A stretch of 64,000 nucleotides of DNA from positions 33,025-97,024 of the IMG/VR virus record IMGVR_UViG_3300042898_002309. One strand, 5' to 3'. This document shows, in pieces, positions 60,578-64,000 of the stretch. Both the position numbers and the translations under genes were made by a program. The notes under the pieces were generated by a model. That model was not told where the DNA came from. It saw only the letters and a program-made list of their open reading frames with translations, and did no database searches. This DNA comes from a virus. How positions within the stretch are numbered: position 1 is the first letter of the stretch; the number at the start of each line of letters is the position of its first letter.

Positions 60578-60700
60578 TTATGCTTTATCTTTTTTAATAT
60601 ATTCACTTTGTTTTTTTTTAAAATTTTCCATAGTTTTTTTTGTCACATCTGTTCCATACTTTTTTATTAAAAAAGCGGTTACTCTATTTTCTTTTTCCAT
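60578..60700 (-). CDS. Small basic protein, 40 aa, below the ORF-track cutoff
   Basis: MEKENRVTAFLIKKYGTDVTKKTMENFKKKQSEYIKKDKA. Confidence 0.5.
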   Translation of the reverse strand: MEKENRVTAFLIKKYGTDVTKKTMENFKKKQSEYIKKDKA

Positions 60701-60715
60701 AATTTTTAAGTTTTA

Positions 60716-61345
60716 TTAATTAATAAATTCTACTGTTTCATCTTCAGGTATTGCTATTGTAAAGTCAATATTTACTTGAGCTTTAAATGGAGCAGCTGCT
60801 GCCATTACTAAAGTATACCAATGATCTTGTATAGTACTAATTGTATTATCATCTGCTATAAGAGCATTTGTTGTTGAAATTAAATTACCTGCATTATTAG
60901 CTACTAAAACATTAACGTTCATTGCAGAAGCAACAGTGTCATATATATTAGTATTTTCTGCTAAGATTACTGTATCTTCTCTTACTCTAAATGAAGTATT
61001 AGAACCTGAAACAACTCCAATAAGAAGAGCATATGAACTTGAACCTGCAAGGTCAGCAATACCTTGTATTCTATATCTTTTAAGTACAGTACCATTTTGT
61101 TTAGTTATTGTACCACCTATTGCAGTCATAGTAGCTTGAACGTTTGGTTCAATTGAACCTTGTACAAAGGTTACTGAAGGATCTGAAACTACAGCAGCAA
61201 AGTCAGCAACTGAAATAGTACCAGCTAAGTAGTCATCATCTCTACGTCCATCTTTAAGACCTAATGGTATTACTGTTTTAGTAGTATCAACAGTACTTAC
61301 TATTCTCTTACCTTTAATCCAACTTATAAAATTTAATATATCCAT
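60716..61345 (-). CDS. Putative virion decoration protein, paralog 1
   Basis: N-terminus MDILNFISWIK..R...RRDDDYL shared with 61371-61910. Confidence 0.55.
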   Translation of the reverse strand: MDILNFISWIKGKRIVSTVDTTKTVIPLGLKDGRRDDDYLAGTISVADFAAVVSDPSVTFVQGSIEPNVQATMTAIGGTITKQNGTVLKRYRIQGIADLAGSSSYALLIGVVSGSNTSFRVREDTVILAENTNIYDTVASAMNVNVLVANNAGNLISTTNALIADDNTISTIQDHWYTLVMAAAAPFKAQVNIDFTIAIPEDETVEFIN

Positions 61346-61370
61346 GTTATTTATTTTTTATTTTTATTTA

Positions 61371-61910
61371 TCAATTAATTGTGTATAGTTCATAATATAC
61401 ATACAATGCACCATTCCAGTTATTAACTCCAGCTATTGCAGGATTTGCATTATAAAAATTAAAATCTAATCCAGTTGTAGCTCCTGTAGCAATTAAGTGT
61501 GGAATAGCATTGTCAGTTATAGTGTTTTTGTAATATACAGAATACTGTACATATATATTATCTCTATTGGCTAAAGTAAGATCTAAATCTAAATTATCAA
61601 TTGTAAAAGATACTGAAGTAGCATAAGCTGGATTAGGAGTTAAAGGAGCAGATGATCCCATATTAAGAATATCAATAATACCACGAGGAGTATCTACTGT
61701 TACAGTACCAGTAATTGCCATGTCTAACTCATAATGTTTAGTATTACCAATATTACCTGCTGTTACTGCATCATTTAATGTCATTGCTACTGTAAGATAT
61801 TTGTCATCTCTTTTTGTTGACGGTGTACCTACAGCAATTAAAGATCCATCTGGAGGTGTAGTAGTTACACGCTTTGCTTTGATCCAGGAAATAAAATTTA
61901 AAATGTCCAT
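61371..61910 (-). CDS. Putative virion decoration protein, paralog 2
   Basis: N-terminus MDILNFISWIK.KR...KRDDKYL. Confidence 0.55.
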   Translation of the reverse strand: MDILNFISWIKAKRVTTTPPDGSLIAVGTPSTKRDDKYLTVAMTLNDAVTAGNIGNTKHYELDMAITGTVTVDTPRGIIDILNMGSSAPLTPNPAYATSVSFTIDNLDLDLTLANRDNIYVQYSVYYKNTITDNAIPHLIATGATTGLDFNFYNANPAIAGVNNWNGALYVYYELYTIN

Positions 61911-61958
61911 GATTATTTTTTTTATATATATATACTATAATATACAAAATAATTATAT

Positions 61959-62045
61959 AAAAAACAAAATCCCAGAAAATTAATCTGGGATTTCCTTACC
62001 TAGCTAGTCGAATAAATAGTCTAATACTGAGAATAATAGTTTAGC
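61959..62045 (-). ncRNA. Candidate small RNA unit A
   Basis: TATATTGC at 62050-62057, ~50 nt body, TAGGTAAGG, then terminator AAATCCCAGA...TCTGGGATTTTGTTTTTT; no ORF. Confidence 0.5.
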
Positions 62046-62072
62046 TAGTGCAATATATAAATAATATTTTAA

Positions 62073-62294
62073 TCAGATATACTTTTTTAATTTTTTATTT
62101 CTAATTTTTTTTGCCTTATGTATACTTTTTCTAGCAGAGCTTCTTGTACTAACCATTTTATTTTTAACTCTCAGGTCTTCCTTGAATACAATCTTACTAC
62201 GCATTGCCATATCATCATTGTGACTCCCTCCTTGATTATAGTTAGGACCAACTGATGCACATGAATACAATAATAATATCAAAAGCCATTTCAT
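62073..62294 (-). CDS. Small lipoprotein
   Basis: MKWLLILLLYSC signal peptide II / lipobox; very basic C-terminus. Confidence 0.65.
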   Translation of the reverse strand: MKWLLILLLYSCASVGPNYNQGGSHNDDMAMRSKIVFKEDLRVKNKMVSTRSSARKSIHKAKKIRNKKLKKYI

Positions 62295-62758
62295 TTCTTT
62301 AACTCAGCTATTCTTCTTTTTAAATATACTTCAGCTTTTTCCAGATCCTCTAACTCTTTAGCAGCATCTTTCTTTCCAGCACGTGCCAGATACTTAATTA
62401 CATTACCTAAGTAAAAATCTTTATCAAGTCCCCAAGCTTCAAGCACGTTGAATACTTCATATACATTTCCATCACAACCATAGTGAGCTGGTCTTAATGG
62501 AGAAGCTTTAGCAGTACAATCTGGTACTGTAACTGCTGTAGGTTTTGTTCCTGCAAAAGGATCTCTTCCTACATAAGGACTTGCTTCAGTTTTTCTGATA
62601 TAATCTTTATACATTTCTTGGTTTTTATTATACATTTCAGCCATAATCTTTAAACTTTTTTTATATGTATTAGATGTTTCAGGTTTTCCTACCATCCTTT
62701 TATAATCATCACAAATTAAAGAACTCATCTTACCAAACAATTGCAATATCATATTCAC
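62291..62758 (-). CDS. DUF3310 (SaV-like) protein
   Basis: PAHYG...FYLGNVIKYLARAGKK...EDLEKAEVYL. Confidence 0.8.
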   Translation of the reverse strand: MNMILQLFGKMSSLICDDYKRMVGKPETSNTYKKSLKIMAEMYNKNQEMYKDYIRKTEASPYVGRDPFAGTKPTAVTVPDCTAKASPLRPAHYGCDGNVYEVFNVLEAWGLDKDFYLGNVIKYLARAGKKDAAKELEDLEKAEVYLKRRIAELKK

Positions 62759-63020
62759 TTACCATCAACTTAATACCTCCATCAACTTCAAGAGCCTCTG
62801 CATTCTTGATAGCATTAACACCAATGTAAACTACATCACCTGCTTCTAAAGTTTTAACTTCTTCACCAACTGCATACACTGTTAACTTGGTCCATTTCTT
62901 CATGTCCTCAGCATCCATGTGTGCTTTGTCAGCTTCACTTAATTCAATCACAGATTCTTTTCTTTCTGGCTGACTGATTAATACTCTACGTCCCTTAAGA
63001 CTTTTAATTGCTTTACTCAT
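62730..63020 (-). CDS. groES: GroES-like co-chaperonin
   Basis: KSLKGRRVLI...SVIEL...VYAVGEEV...AGDVVY...MVSEYDIAIV matches the Cpn10 pattern. Confidence 0.75.
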   Translation of the reverse strand: MSKAIKSLKGRRVLISQPERKESVIELSEADKAHMDAEDMKKWTKLTVYAVGEEVKTLEAGDVVYIGVNAIKNAEALEVDGGIKLMVSEYDIAIVW

Positions 63021-63061
63021 AATACTATGTTTTAATTATCCAGTAAAGATAATAAATTTAT

Positions 63062-63078
63062 TAAACAATTAAAGTTTA
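63062..63078. promoter_or_regulatory. Palindromic operator-like site TAAAC-N7-GTTTA
   Basis: taaacaattaaagttta, upstream of the groES-like gene. Confidence 0.55.
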
Positions 63079-63081
63079 AAC

Positions 63082-63168
63082 AAAAAAATAAGTCTAGAAT
63101 TTTACATCTAGACTTACCCTGATAACCAATCAAAACAATAACCATTATAAATCGCAAAACAATAATGA
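63082..63168 (-). ncRNA. Candidate small RNA unit B
   Basis: TATATTTG at 63174-63181; terminator TAAGTCTAGA...TCTAGACTTATTTTTTT at 63082-63116; no ORF between them. Confidence 0.55.
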
Positions 63169-63185
63169 TATCACAAATATAAGTA

Positions 63186-63449
63186 TTATTCAAATACCTT
63201 ATACATTCTATTAAATTTTTTTTCTGGCATGAGTGAATATGTACCGGCCCAATCCTGTATCACATAGTCCCCCGGTACTAATCTAATTTCACCATTATCA
63301 GTAGTGAGAAAAAAGCTATCAAATTTATGATTGATATAATTAATATGTCCCTCAAAATTCTCATATCCGGAAATCTTAATAGCACATTCCTCTGTACCAT
63401 CATACTGTATAGCCTCAATACTCTTAGGCCTTTCTCTATATAACTGCAT
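63186..63449 (-). CDS. Conserved phage protein (PGDY-motif type)
   Basis: YRERPKSIEAIQYDG...PGDYVIQD...F...Y; TATATTTG promoter element at 63465-63472. Confidence 0.65.
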   Translation of the reverse strand: MQLYRERPKSIEAIQYDGTEECAIKISGYENFEGHINYINHKFDSFFLTTDNGEIRLVPGDYVIQDWAGTYSLMPEKKFNRMYKVFE

Positions 63450-63477
63450 AACAAATAATTTTTACAAATATAATAAT

Positions 63478-63543
63478 AAAAACAAAACCTCCAGATTACT
63501 CCAGAGGTTTCCTTACCTAACAAATTATGAAATGTTTTTTTAC
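63478..63543 (-). ncRNA. Candidate small RNA unit C
   Basis: TATATTTG at 63549-63556, then TAGGTAAGG and terminator AAACCTCTGGA-GTAA-TCTGGAGGTTTTGTTTTT. Confidence 0.55.
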
Positions 63544-63560
63544 CAATACAAATATATAAT

Positions 63561-63690
63561 AAAAACCCCAGGTAGTAATTCTTGATCAGAGAAACTTTCC
63601 TGGGGGTAGTAAAGTTATAGACATTGTCCTTTCCCTTACTAAGAAGTCCAAACCTGGGACGCTGATCTTACGGGAAGCGTGTCTGGCACC
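63561..63690 (-). ncRNA. Candidate structured small RNA unit D
   Basis: TATATTTG at 63696-63703; GC-richer hairpins; terminal CCCCAGG...CCTGGGGTTTTT. Confidence 0.5.
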
Positions 63691-64000
63691 TAATACAAAT
63701 ATAAAACAATTCCCCCGGAATACACCTTACCTATAATAAATAAATACGGAGATGGATTTATTATGTGTAGGAGGATGTAGTGGACCCTAGCTCTGAAGCC
63801 CCCGGCCTCCGTCCAAAACCATGGGTCCCCCATACCTTTGTACAAAGACCTAAGGAGCTCTGCACAGAACTGCGCAAACTTTTACCTCTGGCAAAAAGTT
63901 ACTCAGCTCTGCTTGCTCTCCTTGAGCTTTGCATCCTGCATCCTGCTGCTAGCAGTCAACAGTCTGTCTACTAACCCTGAGGACAACTTGAATTTAAAAA

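Noticed and set aside
5988-61983. Short plus-strand ORFs and nested alternative-frame minus-strand ORFs in the track (e.g. 7498-8100, 38979-39272, 14303-14494)
   Set aside because: They lie within long, well-supported minus-strand genes and have shadow-ORF composition.
61959-63703. tRNA genes in the intergenic structured regions
   Set aside because: No cloverleaf with a recognisable T-loop (GTTCRA) and acceptor stem was found.
63278-63974. ORFs 63278-63523 (-) and 63780-63974 (+)
   Set aside because: The first overlaps a better gene and a terminator; the second has atypical composition and no A-rich leader.
1-64000. Stop-codon reassignment (TAG or TGA), known in some crAss-like phages
   Set aside because: Standard-code ORFs tile the window densely, hallmark genes are full length, and TAG and TGA both serve as real stops (e.g. 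34557, 48411).

Overview
A 64 kb, very AT-rich stretch of a dsDNA tailed phage genome. It holds the virion-morphogenesis half of a crAss-like (Crassvirales-type, Bacteroidota-infecting) phage, and essentially every gene is on the minus strand. In transcription order (right to left): small middle-type genes (GroES-like, DUF3310-like); a ~11 kb block of fibre/spike genes; a lysis cassette; HTH, HU-like and PD-(D/E)xK genes; terminase, portal, scaffold-like protein and major capsid protein; a cluster of small Lys-rich proteins; head-completion, ferritin-like and Cys-rich virion proteins; an HU/IHF-like gene and tail ring and tail stabilisation genes; then large internal cargo proteins, the last of which runs off the left edge. 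The standard genetic code works throughout, and TAnnTTTG promoters point to a Bacteroidota host. Most interesting observations: (1) a recurring [MFY]-[AKR]-x-G-G / L-x-K-A-Q-x-G motif punctuates the cargo and small basic proteins, suggesting di-glycine polyprotein processing or a packaging code; (2) a 2507-aa cassette-built protein in which two unrelated ART-like domains are each bracketed by the same pair of identical 42-bp and 39-bp repeats; (3) four promoter-short RNA-terminator units that look like a family of phage small RNAs; (4) a palindromic TAAAC-N7-GTTTA operator beside five promoters. All functional calls come from motif recognition and synteny by eye; no searches were run.
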